DNA of 59,314 nt, the filler included, from Sluysia triapertura (lineage: Eukaryota): the NCBI GenBank assembly GCA_046118255.1. It is 5 parts of 5 records of this genome, joined end to end, with 100 filler letters (N's around TTAATTAATTAA, not from the genome) between each part and the next. Parts side by side here need not be neighbours in the genome. Positions count along the whole stretch, not along the records: positions 34,383 to 47,298 come from JBJNIA010072943.1; positions 47,399 to 59,314 come from JBJNIA010156714.1; 3 more parts are not named here. One strand, given 5' to 3'. Of this stretch, positions 40,062 through 53,520 are shown one piece after another. The notes beneath the pieces were generated by a model that saw only the letters and a list, made by a program, of their open reading frames with translations, made no database searches and had not been told where the DNA came from. The position numbers and the translations under genes were made by a program. Numbering within the stretch: position 1 is the first letter of the stretch; each line of letters starts with the position of its first letter.

Positions 40062-41939
40062 ACTCGAAGCTATAGTACATTCATTTGGTAAAAAACAAAT
40101 TGCAAATCGGTCATATAACTGGTAAAATTAAAATGTGAGCGTTATCTTTCTAGATGAGTTTTGTAACTATGTTTTATTCAAAATTTCTTATTTTTGTCTG
40201 TATTTTTAGTCTGTCTAAATTTTTTATACTAAATGACCGGTGATTGGTCATCCAACCAAAATTGTTTGTCTGAGAAATAATGAATTTTATTCTGATTGGA
40301 TGACCAGTAATATGTGAGCAAATTTAATGGATTAGGAATGGTAAGTAATTAGCTATCGTCTGTTAATAGTAATGAACCATGTCAACACTAGTGATGGTAG
40401 AAACAATTTTTGTTACGTTATAGTGAATTAATTAAATTTTATGTGCATAATAATAATAAATATAATGATGATTTGATAATAATAATAATAACAATAACAA
40501 TATTGTTATTATTATTACTATCAACACTAAAAGAAAAACTCATAAATCTCTTGTTTCTTAACAAACATTAACTTCTGTTTCTTTCTTTGATTCTTAACAT
40601 ATCTTAAATCTAGAAATAGTTAAATTGAATACTATAACAATGACGACAAAAGAAACAGTGTAAAAATTATTATGGTTATTAAATTACATAAATTGCAGAA
40701 TTCTTTAAAACTGTGCACGATCTTACTTTAAATCCTTTAGATTTCTACACATATTTCAATAAATATGAATATATTTAAAACTTAAATCTCTGAATAGAGA
40801 TTAGTTTAAATGAATTTATATGTGTGATTAACGTCTCACGGTATGTTAGTAGTTCTATGTCGTATAATGAAATGGAGAATGTTAGAATGGATTCTTAGAT
40901 GGTGATTTAAGTTTTTGATTGAAAGCGACATTTGAGTATTGGAAGATCGTGAATAAGAGACTTATTGAGAAGAGTGTGTTTTGATAAATGTGAAAAGGTA
41001 AATTAAAATGCAACTATTGGTATATTTGAAAGGTTAATGTGCAATGTTTTATGTGATTTGTTTATTTATTTTTAAGTGATATTGTATTTTGTGTGTTGGT
41101 AATCATGTTATGACAAATGCTGAATTTAAGGTGTTGTAATTGTTTCGAAGGTGTACAGTGGATAATTTCAAATGTGGTTATTATTTGATTGTTGTGAATG
41201 TCGAGTTACATGTTTTTGATGAATTTGTTGATATAAATTGGTAGTATTGGATGTAAAATTGTGTGAATAAGATGATGTGTGAATATTACAATGTTAAGGG
41301 TTACTTTTATAAAATTTTAATAATATTAAGGGTTGACCACCACACCAACAATATTAAAAATAATTTTTAGCTATTTTTGGGAATTCCTCTTTGTAGTAAA
41401 TTAAAATAAGCTTCGTTTATTGTCTTAGAAATCCCCATGTTATGTGCTTTTGCTTTTTAAAATCTAGATTGTATATTTGTGGGAATTCATTTTGAAGTGT
41501 GTTTTTCGTAAAATATAAGGATTAATATCGTTAACAAATAAATTATGTTGTAGAACTGAATATTTCGTTTTTGCAAAATCATTCATTTACAGCTGATGAT
41601 TTTTATTTTATTTTATTTTATTTCGTAGATAATGGAAATGTAGATTGTAAATAAAGAATATTTTATAGATTGTATTTCCTCTTGTTATTATTAAAATATA
41701 TTGAAGTTTTTGATTTTGTAATTCAGTTATTTTTAGTAATATAATGGATATTGTTCACTGAAATATTTGTAGGAATTTTAGTCTTATTGAAATAATAGTA
41801 GGATATTTCTTGATAATTGGTATTTATTTGACGAGATAAAGTAAATCAGTTATCGTTGAGATTCAAATTTAATTTGAATTTTAAAAGTTACACCTAACTT
41901 TAATAATACTTTTAGATTTTAACACTGGTTGTAGTCCTC

Positions 41940-42425
41940 AATTTCACGGAGAAAAATGAAAAAATTACATTTAATAATTAATCAAGCAGCAAGATTAATT
42001 TTCCAAGTGGGAAGAAGATCTCGTATAACACCTTATCTTAAGGAATTACATTGGTTGCCAATAAAAACAAAATTAGAATTCAAAATCATGACAATAATTT
42101 ACAAATGTTTACATTACGGAAGTACTGGATATCTTTAGAAATAATACGAAAATTGGAAACCAAGATGAAGATTTCATTGAAGCATGATAATCTATGCAGA
42201 ATCTACAGTGATAATAAGCTAGGTGATAGATTGTATACTATTATGTTTCAAAATTATACAACCACTAATACCAGAGAATGTCAGATTACTGAAAGATTAT
42301 GAAATATTTAAGAAAAAGGCAAAGTTCTTTCTGTTTCAGAAATATTATAGTGAATGATTTACCTTAAACCCTTTTGCGTACTTACACAGTGTATATGAGC
42401 GCAATATAAATTAATATATTATTAT
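41940..42425 (+). mobile_element. L2/CR1-group LINE 3' fragment
   Basis: KLHLIINQAARLIFQVGRRSRITPYLKELHWLPIKTKLEFKI..IYKCLH, the typical post-RT LHWLP motif, followed by a 3' stem and (TAT)n tail. Confidence 0.9.
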
Positions 42426-43402
42426 TGATTTTCCAATATTTTGCATAACTAAAACGCAATCCATGGTAATGAAAACAATATCTTGATCTAAATCTATAAA
42501 ATAACAAATCTACAAATAACAATAAATTAACAATAAAAATTGAAGGCCCAACTCATCACAATTAAATCAGTTAAAAATAAATGTCAGTCCGATTACCAAA
42601 TAAATATGAGATTTGATCAGAAAAGTAATTATTTCTGCGCATTGATAGCAAAATGTAGTTCTTTATATAGTGTTTAGATAATTTCTAAAAAGTCGAGAAT
42701 ACGACTTAATTAATGTGCGTGTTTCTTAGAGTCGATTTTAATTTCCGTCTTAATACTATTTTCCAAAAATATTGAGTTTTGTGACAAACAAATTCTTATC
42801 TTTTCAGGAAAACAAAATTTTAATTTAACATAATTGTTATAACAATACTTATTGACACAATAATACATCAACTTAAATTGAATATTAAATCTAATCAATA
42901 ATAACTTTTGATACAATACTCAATATGTCATTTTCATTTGCATAACATGAATTTGATATATACTTTTACTATGCATGCTCATTATAACACATAAAAATTT
43001 AACTTTATAATGAAAAAAATTAAATAAAACCGATTATTTTATGTTATCTATGTCGACCTGTTTCGCACTATATCTCCGTGCTCATAACACTGCTAAATTT
43101 CATCATTATATTTCATTACACATGCTGCTTTTTCATATGTAAAGTTATTGATTAAAAGTGATTTTCAAACAATTTAATTTAATTAATTAATTAATTAATG
43201 TACTTATAAAATTTTTGTAAAACTTTAGAAAATGTTGATCCCTTACACACGCCTTATTCTCTAACAACGGCAATACTTCCGATAACTAAAATTAAATTAT
43301 ATTCTTTTATATTATTTTTTATTGGAATTTTTATTACATATCTTACTATACTCGAGAAAGAAAATATTTTTTGATATACCAGTATTGGAACTCATCACAC
43401 AA

Positions 43403-43459
<57 letters not shown>
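43403..43459. repeat. (ATT)n microsatellite ~130 nt upstream of the repeat-protein start codon
   Basis: Uninterrupted trinucleotide run. Confidence 0.95.
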
Positions 43460-43461
<2 letters not shown>

Positions 43462-43587
43462 TTGTTTAAATTTTATCAATTATAATTGTTCGTAATTGAC
43501 CAAATGTTCAAAATATGCACTTTCAAAATTACTAACTATTTAAACAATGAATTGTATTTGCACCACAGTTAAAATTATTATTTTAAA

Positions 43588-45862
43588 ATGTATGGTTATT
43601 TAGTTTTACTATTAACCGTGTCATTAGTATACGGTACACCGTCATAGTAATTTTTAATTTTATTAATTTGCTAAAAATTATCTACTTACAATAATAATCA
43701 AATAATTTTGTTTTTATTATTCATCTTAGTCAATACAATTCATTTTTCAATGAAAACGATATCGATACTTATGGCTGGAAAGAAGATAGTGTTGAAGAAT
43801 TGAAAAAATTATACCGAATTTTAAAAAGTGCTTATTTAAAAGGTTCAGCTTATTTGAAGAAGGTACTCGAAGATCCTGATGTTAAAGGAATACTTGATCG
43901 TACATTAATTTTTTCTTATTTTAATTTATATTTAGATTTGGGTCCTTTAACTTCGAAAGTTGCAGCTAACATTATTTTCGCTTTTTGGGATGTTGGTTTT
44001 TTTTAATATTTTTTTCTACTTTTAAACATAAGTAGATTATCTTTATTATTTTTTTATTATAGTTGGCACTAAAAATAGATGCAGCTACTAAACTTGATGA
44101 TGCTGAAACATTTGGCATTAAAGAAGATGTAAAGGGACTTTTACACCGTTTAATTGAAAAATTGAAAGATGCGTACCGCAAAGGTTCTGCGAAATTGGAA
44201 CAAATTTTAAACGATGAAGATGTTAAAGCTATTTTAGAACGTATGTTTAAAATTTATTTTTATGTTAGTTAATTTTAGATATGGATAGTTTAACTCGAAG
44301 AATTGCTGATGAAATCATTGCTCTAATGAGAAAGGTTTTTGATTTATTGCTAACTTTTTATTCTATTGTAATATGTACCTCAATAGTAGCGCTCTGTGAT
44401 TGGTGAGACGATGAGACCAATGAAATTGTTTTTATTAAACAAATATTTTTTGCTTCTATTTTCTCAAATAGAAATATTAAGTTTTTCAGATATTAAGTTT
44501 TTAGTGCTTCTTGAAATAGAAATGTTTCTATAGTAATTTCTTTGTTGATTCTATTGGATCTATTCAATATAGCATTGCTTTCGATTAAAATCATATTTTT
44601 TATTTGCTGTTTTTTCAAATAATTATCTAATAATTAATTATTTTATTTTCTCTTGGCTAGTTTTTGATTGCCTAATTTTGTGTTCAGTTAGCAAAACAAA
44701 TCGATGAAAAATTAGGTAATAAACCAGAAGGAAGTGTAGAAGTATATGGATTTCGTGAAGATAAATGGTATCCAATCAAATGGTTGGTACAAAAATTAAA
44801 AGCTGCTTTTTTGAAAGGTTTAGATGAATTAGATCGAGTTTTAAGAGACCCAGATGTCGCAGAAATAATAAACCGTTAGCTTAAATTTTATTTTAAGATT
44901 AAATTATTAATTTAATTTTATTATTAAGACATGAATAGTCTTAATAGAAGAATCGCTGAAAACTTGATCGAAAAATTCAGAGAAGTAGGAATTTTAATTA
45001 TTTTTATTTGCAATTTTTAAATAAAATATAAGTAATTTTTATTTAATTTTTTTAAAAATTTTTAGCTAGCCAAAAAAATCGACGAAGCTGCTTCAGAAAA
45101 GAAAGAAGAAACATCAGTCAGTGTATACACCTGGGATGACTCACGAGCTGCTCTACAACATTTAATAAATATTTTAAAAAATGCATTTAATAAAGGTAAA
45201 GAATATTTCGACAAAGTACTTGAAGATCCAGATGTTAAAGCAATTTTAGAACGTTGGGAAATTTATTATTTATTATTATTATTATTATTTACACATTATA
45301 GATTTAGGCCCTCTTTCAAGAAGAATAGCAGATGCAACTATTCAGAAATTGAGAGAAGTAATTTTACAAATTTCAACCAATGTCTTTAATTATGAATTTA
45401 TTTATTTTATTATAATAGATAATTTTGATTGGTTTAAAAAAATATGTTTCTTTCAGTTATTGGAACAAATCGATGAAGCAACAAAATTATCCCAAGAACC
45501 TGAATTGTCTTCTTACAATATTGCTGAAACATCAAAACATTATCTGCGAAAATTAGTCGAAATTTTAAAAGATGCTTACGAAAAAGGTTCCGAATATTTA
45601 GAAAAAGTATTAAATGATCCTGATGTAAAAGTTATTTTGGAAAGTAAGTTTTCGAGTTCATGTTAGTATACCACGTATTTTTAATAGAAAATTATTAACA
45701 ATTTTAATTAAAATTTATTTTTACAGAAATGGATTCTCTTACACGAAGATTTGCTGAATATTTGATTGAAAGTTTTAAAAAAGTATTTTATTATTTATTA
45801 TTATTATCATTATTATTATTATTAAGCTTGCCCAGAAAATTGATGAAGCTACAAAACCATAA
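43588..45862 (+). CDS. Secreted, Cys-free, five-repeat amphipathic helical protein (427 aa); exons 43588-43646, 43730-43899, 43936-43991, 44063-44240, 44279-44334, 44688-44874, 44929-44984, 45066-45252, 45302-45357, 45457-45643, 45727-45782, 45827-45862
   Basis: All 11 introns are GT-AG and the exons sum to 1284 nt with no internal stop. Signal peptide MYGYLVLLLTVSLVYG. Repeat consensus L..L...LK.AY.KG...L..VL.DPDVK.ILEH(L/M)(G/D)(P/S)L.RRIA...I......LA..IDEA. AATAAA at 45889-45894. Confidence 0.9.
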
Positions 45863-46767
45863 ATAACATTTAATAACTTTACTAAATTAATAAAGTGATT
45901 GACGAATTTTATTTGTTTTGTTATAACCAATCAATTTTTGAGTTCGAAACATTAAAATAATTAGAATTTTAATTTAAAAAGCCAGAAAAATATTATTCCA
46001 AAAGCAAATACATTTAACTCGATATGAAATATTGAGTATTTTAAGTATTAGATCATAAATTATGACATACAAACCTTATTTGTTTCATATACATCAAATC
46101 ATTATTGATATGTTCGTCAGGAAAATCAGATAATCCAGTAAATAAAACAATAATCCAAATATAATAAGAATGTATGACATCATCTTCTTAATACAACATC
46201 AAATACGTAAAAATATGAATACATACTCGTTGATAACGAACACCTTGTTCTCAGTAATTAAGTCATTCAAAAAATCATTGCATTTTAAACCACAAAAATC
46301 AATAAATCCAATCAACGTCTTAGTTATTACTCATCATCAATTAGAAAATATCACAAATGTCATTAAAAATTAATAATTTACAAACTATGTAACTGACATT
46401 TAAATTAATTTATATGATAAATAAACATGAGTTATTTTTATATAATAAATGAGTTATTATATGATTTATATACAATAATTCCTAATATAGTAACAGGTGT
46501 TGCAATGCTACCATTTGTAACAAATTATGCTAATCTTGTACGTAGTATTTATCTATTTAATTGATATTCGTTAATAATCATTAAAATATATTTGCAAATG
46601 ACTTGGAGATTCGATGTCTCAATTACTATTTTTGATACAAACATTTTAGTGTTTGCTTTTTCATAGGAAGCTAATTGAATCTGATGTTTTATTAGCTAAA
46701 AGGGTTGAGGTGCCATAGAATAATGATAGTATAATTAACTATAATAAAACAAAATTATTTGGAGTGA

Positions 46768-46798
46768 GGGGTACCGAGTTCGATTCCAGATCAGTCCA
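46768..46798 (+). repeat. 3' half of a third tRNA-derived element
   Basis: GGTACCGAGTTCGATTCCAGATCAGTCCA resembles GGTCCCGGGTTCGATCCCCGGTCAGTCCA. Confidence 0.55.
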
Positions 46799-47298
46799 TA
46801 AAATCAAAATTTACATTCGCGATTTGATAAATCGTAAACAATATTTTAGTTCCAATTTGAAGAAAAGTCTTTCCATCATTTTATTCGTATCTAGATCAAA
46901 AGCAATTTCAATTAAATATGTATCTGTGACTATTGCTTGACAAGTACCATCATAGACCAAATTTTCTACGACATAAACTTCATTTATAATAATACCTAAT
47001 TTACATTTGAATTTGAAACGCATTATGACAATTTTAGTTGTAATTTCTTCTTCTACAGTCGAATATTTAATTATAGAAGTGTGACTGAAATGAAAATACC
47101 ACATTATTCACATTCAAATGCTTTAGTAAGAACAAATACTTTTTTATATATGTATTATGTTGCGTCTTTAAAATTATTTGTTATTACAACTCAATATTAT
47201 TATCTTGATCAGCTTAAACCATAATAATTTCAATAGTCAGTATATCAAGTATAATTTTGCCGTAATCTTCTTTTATAATATCAATAACTATTATACCA

Positions 47299-47398
47299 NN
47301 NNNNNNNNNNNNNNNNNNNNNNNNNNNNNNNNNNNNNNNNNNTTAATTAATTAANNNNNNNNNNNNNNNNNNNNNNNNNNNNNNNNNNNNNNNNNNNN
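47299..47398. other. Artificial contig-joining spacer
   Basis: N44-TTAATTAATTAA-N44. Confidence 0.98.
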
Positions 47399-47459
47399 AT
47401 AAATGTATAGATACATACAAGTTGTATCAATATTTTAATGTAATATATTCTATTCTATA

Positions 47460-48096
47460 ATGGATAAATTATATGACATACGTTGGAGTATTTTGAAAGA
47501 ATATTTTCAAATGCAATTATTTTATAAAGCTATTAAATCATTTCGTATAGTGTTTCTGTGGTCCATTATTTATTTTTATTTTGATATAATTTTATGCCCT
47601 ATTTATGGATATTTATTTACGGGTAGAGCTGCTTTATCATTCGGCATGTTTTGTACATATTTGGCCATAATTTTACTCATTTCACATTTTAAAAAGCATG
47701 CCCATATTATAAGTTGGTATTATTTTTGCATAATTTTAAATGTTATTTTTATTACTTTATCCGGTATTAATTATATGAATTTAACTATAAATGTTGATTT
47801 TATTGTTATTACAAATATTCCTTTTATTTATGTTATTCCAATTAAAATTATTATCAACCATAGTTATTGCATTCATTTTTATAATGTGTCATTTGTTTAT
47901 CATTTATTATCATATTGAAATTATAAACATGAACACCGATTTAAGTCAAATTTATTACTTGAATTTGACAAATTACATCATAGTAGTATTTTTCTCTATA
48001 TTATTACTTTTGACATTTTTTAATGAATTATATTTAAGATTTTTACAATTATTACATTATAAAGGTGTTTTTTATGCATTAATCCAAAATTCTTAA
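47460..48096 (+). pseudogene. Possible frameshifted multi-pass membrane protein
   Basis: Two overlapping hydrophobic ORFs. Hydrophobicity may simply reflect T-richness. Confidence 0.3.
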
Positions 48097-50399
48097 GCAA
48101 GAATAGAAATTAAAATAGCACAAGTTAAAATGTATTGGTTTAAAGCTATTATGCCCAAGTGTGTTTAAACATGTAAACAAATCAAACAATTTGAATGCTA
48201 TAACGTTGGTACAGTCATATAATAGTGTAAGTGTTTTTATGTGTCTTTTTGTTCTACTTTATCTAATTAAAGTTGCCTAGCGGCAACTGTCGTACGCCCT
48301 CAAAACAATATTATAAGCTAAAAACTCATATATAAATCATTATCTTATAATTCCCTAAATCTAGATATTTCATAATGTCCATTCACACTTACGTACAAAA
48401 GAAACACCGTTTAAAATATAATTGTGGACGTATAAAAAATACTATGTTCAGCACCTTTATGATTGAGGATTAAATTCTACATGATATAACGACTTATACT
48501 CCTACTGCATTCGTCATAATGTTCGAAGAATTTTCTCAGCCATAAACCTATAAATGATCACTGGGTCATCCTTTGGCAGTTCAGCCGATTACTACGTGCA
48601 CTTTACATAAATAACAACAATCAGATACACGAAAACATTTTAACAAATATACATAACAACATGTCTCACTTGCATCATCCTATAATCTTACAGTATTCAC
48701 TACACTTTTAACATTACATTTCAATTATAGCTACAAGATCATAAACTATTAACTTATAATAATCTTCAAGTTTTATAGTAAAGATACTCCCTACGGTCAT
48801 CCCATCATCATTATAGCACTACACCTTTCTCATATGTTGTATTTTAATATTTTAATATTTTATATCTTTATATTATTGTTTCAACTTATAAAAATTGGTC
48901 AAAACATTGACCTTATTACTAAAATTAGTTCTACACAAATTTTAAAAATGAACAATTGAGAATTTTTAAAATGAATGAATAAGAATTTTAAAAATTGAAA
49001 TATAAAAATATTGACGAATATGAATAAAATCTCAATGTTTGGACATTGAGGGTGGTGTGTTTGTTGCTGGTCGCCTTCTGGTTAAAATCCAGTTGCGATG
49101 ATGAACCTACAGTTCAAAGTCGAGATGGTATATTAACGTATTAGTTTTGCTCACGCATTGATGCACTATGAATCGGTCGAACCGATTTCAGATTTCAAAA
49201 TGCTGAGTTTCACATCATATCGGTTGACAGAGTGGCATTTCAAAATCAGAATAATACACCAATGTATCGGTTTGGATAAAACATACGATGTATATTTTAT
49301 GGAGATTACTAGTACAGATGTTAATAGTGCTATAAACTTATAATTTTTGTCTACGATTGTTTCAGACCCAGATACTGTGATGAGATAACTGTTTAAAATC
49401 GAGACTATTAGTTTAGATCATGTTGATTTTATAAATTTTATAATTGTTGTTGATATGAAAACACCTACTGATCCAGATATAGATGCGGTGATGAACCTAC
49501 TGTTTGAAATTGAAATTGTTATATAAATGTATTCGGAAATATTGTTGGATTATTTTTACTATGATGAATATTTTAAATATCGTCAAACTTGTTAAGAAAG
49601 ATTATTCTTTTATAATCACGTTCCTGTGTACGAGAGCGGACGAATCTTCACTTTTACACACCAAGATTTAAATTGTGAAAGACGGACCACACTGATGAAT
49701 AAATCGAGATATCATAATATTTATTATAATAATGGCATGCTCTACTATGTCAACCACAGTGATTATGTTACTTTGGTCCATTGTTCACACATATAGTCAT
49801 ATGCAGAACTTTTGCAACTTCACACGAAGTTTTAGTGCCTTTCATGACTTTAAATTTCGTTTCTTAATGATTAGTGAATTTTTAAATTATATAAACTCAT
49901 TGCTTTCTATGAAAGAATGAACTGTTTCCTCGTGATAGCGCGATTAGACCTGAGGTCGTCGATTTTAGAACTCCATTCAAAATTGGTATTATGGTTCTGG
50001 TGGTCACATATACATTATGTCCACCGTTCAAATCATGTATTATGTCGTTGGTTTGATGAGTTGATGTTTTAAGTTTAGAATTGTTAGAAAAGCAGTCAAG
50101 GCATCCAGAATGAGAAATACATACAATTGTAAAACATACAATCTTCGTGGTAAATGTTGACGTTAGTAGACATATCGTAATAACTGAAATTTTCATTTTG
50201 TTTTCTTCAAAAGTGGCATGTTAATTTACGCCTTCTTTTTATGTGTTTGAGATTAATAAAAAACCTTTTCATTATTTTTGTAATTATGATTTCAATACTG
50301 ATAATAATAATAATAATATTATTATTATTAATAAATATTCTATGTGCATTAAGCACTCAATTAATCCTTTTATAAACGTGGATGATAATCTGAGTTTTA

Positions 50400-51500
50400 A
50401 TACTGAATTTCATAAAATATAGAGAGTTAAAAATAAAATAACATCATCCACAATAGTTATTCATTTGCACGTCATAAGCATATATGATTCGATTACACTT
50501 GAAACATCAATGATCAAGTTTTGATCTCTGAGGAACTCCATGCTTTACATATACCTCATTTGACTTCACATTATTCAATAAAAGGTATTGTCTTTTTTCT
50601 TTTAAATATGATTCAAACCATTTTATTGCACTGAATGAGAGACACATTCTTTGGAGATCACAAAGTAATATTTCATTATCAACTGTATCAAAAGCAATAG
50701 TCATGCCTAATAAAACACATTTATTGTGATTAAACCAATTTAAAATATCATAATTTATTCTTAAAATATCCGTTTCTATTGAGTAATTGGTCCTGTAGGC
50801 CGTTTGGTACATTGTAAGAAGTTTATTTTCATCTAAAAACTTTGAAAATTGTTGTAAAACAGCTTTTCAATCAATTTTGATAAGAGTGTAATTATTTAAA
50901 AGCATTGGATCAACATGTTTCAGATGAGGTATTATAATGGATACCTTTTCACTTGAAGGGAATTTTAGACTAGATAATGAACTATTAATAATTTTCAATA
51001 AAATCGGAATAACTTTAGTCGAAATTGAATTATTTTTGATAAGTTTGGTTAGAACTTATTTTTGACATTTCCGAGATAATTTGCATTAAATCATTCTCTT
51101 TAATATTCATTAATTCAAATTCGTTTACATTCTTCATCTTTTGCATTTCTAATTTAATATTTGATCTTTTCATGCTATTTCGTATATTTTCTCATTTCGA
51201 TACGAAAAAATATTAAGTCGTTTGACGTAATTCAATTTTTTTTATGCCAAACACAATTTGTAAATAGATAATGATCAGATATATTTAATAGGCCATCCAC
51301 TCTTATATCAGTAACAATTTTACTATCAATATTGGTTATTAATAAATATGTTATATTTTCACATTCGTGAGTGTTAAATTTCACGCGGTTCGATAAATTG
51401 AATATTTTTAGTAATTTTTCATTCATTTTTATATTAAAATTTCCAAAATAATATCCAAATAATCACAGAATTCATTGATTGATTTTCAACTGGAACAATG
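50400..51500 (-). mobile_element. L2/CR1-group LINE ORF2 remnant (endonuclease end + RT) with internal deletions
   Basis: ISDHYL (APE SDH motif), then YQTAYRTNYSIETDILRI..D..AFDTVDNEILL...WFESYL.E.RQ...GVPQ.S.L. Confidence 0.88.
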
Positions 51501-52841
51501 TATCTAACTTGGCACCTATTCGATTATTTATTATAGTATTTTCTATAGTATATGTATTATTTTCAGAAAGTAACTTAATTATTAATTTTTTCAATTAAAA
51601 TTTCACTTGTAGTTTTTCTTAATTTTACTCCTTATTAATCTTTGGTTTATGATTTTTATATGGTAAATGCAATATCCTATTCTGTTAAAGGGTTATTACA
51701 GGTTATTAGTGATTTAATTTTTTAATTTAGATTAAATTAAATTAGTTTTCTTTCAATTATCAAAATTTAAATAACTATTATCCATGAATTTATCCTAGTT
51801 CTTTTAATTTTTTAATTATAAAAATCAAACTATTTGTTCTCTATGAGTTTCTGTTAGTTCTTTATACTTATCTTTATGTTCTTTCTTTTAATTACACTTT
51901 CAAATCTTTACTAAATTCAACAAATATTAAGGAGACTTGAGTCGAATATATATATTGTAACAATGACTAATTAAAATAACGGCACAATTTCTGAATTAGA
52001 AAAATGGTCTAAAATATATAATAAATATGTGTATAATTATTATTAGAAACGGACAATTTTTATTACTATTAATATGAATTTATCAAAGTTATCTCTAACA
52101 AAGTGAGAGATTGAATTTTAAATATTTTAAGTACTTAAATTATATCTTATACAAATCAACTTACAAAATATTTTCTTTTTAATCAAAAACTGAGTCAGTA
52201 TTACAAAAATTAAGTAGTTTGATATTGTCTACATTAATTGTGTTAACTATACACGCATTGAATCACCAATTGTATCAAAATTCAAATTACCAGTATGTTT
52301 CGAACAATGTACCAATATATCTCGAAACATGTGTTTTTGAACTAAATCGCGAATTTGCCAACAATGACTTAACCGCAACTACGTAAAAATAAAAGTCAAT
52401 TACAATATTGTGCGAGTGCTATATGTTTTTAACTATCTTTTTAAACCGACTCAATTTTTACAGGTAAATCTTTTTATTTATTTGTCAATTAAATTAATTT
52501 AGGTTATATTCTTTTATTTTCAGCTCGAAAAAATGCTCAGTAAGGTTATATAATGATTAAAATATTATTTTGTCAGGTTGAAACGAGAAATTGTAAGTGG
52601 TTTTTGTTTATTTAATATTTATTGGTTTTATTAATTTTTAGGTAACAGAAGGTTATTATTAATAAAATTTTAATTATTAATTATATCCTATTAGTATTAT
52701 TATTACTATTTTAAGAATATATGTTTTATTCTTACAATATTCTTACAAACCGCAATGAGATTTTAAAATATTGTTGTTATTTTTATATTTTGCAGCGGTC
52801 CATTTATACCTTTTTTTGACTTATAAAATTAAAGTATTATA

Positions 52842-53030
52842 ATTCAATAATTATAATCGTTTACATTAATAGTCTGTAATAGAAATTATATTATTCAATA
52901 ATATTAATCTTGTAATAAAATTAATACAAATTCTATTAAATTCAATAATAATAATCGTTTGTATTAATAGTCAGTAGTAAAAATTATAATATTATTCGTT
53001 CATATAATAATAATCGTTCATATAAAATTA
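52842..53030 (+). repeat. Imperfect ~98-nt tandem repeat
   Basis: ATTCAATAAT(T/A)ATAATCGTTT..ATTAATAGTC.GTA.TA.AAATTATA at 52842 and 52940. Confidence 0.6.
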
Positions 53031-53119
53031 ATCAAAGTAATAAAATGTAATAAGATATGAAAATTTTTTTGGCTTAAATTTTTGTAATTTCTTATTTTAT
53101 AGTGATTTTATTTTTATTA

Positions 53120-53520
53120 ATTACAATGATTTTAATTTTGTTCTATGTAAATATGACGTTTTCATTTTATTCACATAATCTAATTTTAAAATAATTTTGA
53201 TTGATTATAATGTTTTTAAATTTTAATTTCCAATTATTTTTGCCCAGTCTTAATTTAACATGATTTTGTATTTTTTAAGGAATATTTTAAAATGATTTTC
53301 ATCGAATATTATGTTCTTAAAATTTGATTTCATATTATTGTTATTAATTCTTATTTTAAAATGATTTTATTGATTGTGATAATAAGGTTTAATGTTGTAA
53401 ATTTTAATTTCATGTTGTCTTTATATAATCTCATTTTATAATGATTTCAATTTAAAAAGTGATTGTTATTTGTTACTAAATTTTGAATTTATATTATTTC
53501 TACGTAATCCCACTTTAAAA
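53120..53520 (+). repeat. Degenerate ~70-nt-unit minisatellite, shared with 26290-26530
   Basis: ATTTTAAAATGATTTTCATCGAATATTATGTTCTTAAAATTTGATTTCAT and related units. Confidence 0.6.

Noticed and set aside
49730-50196. Secreted PLAT-domain-like gene (NVYVTT.., YMCEQW)
   Set aside because: Only two short motif resemblances, separated by stops.
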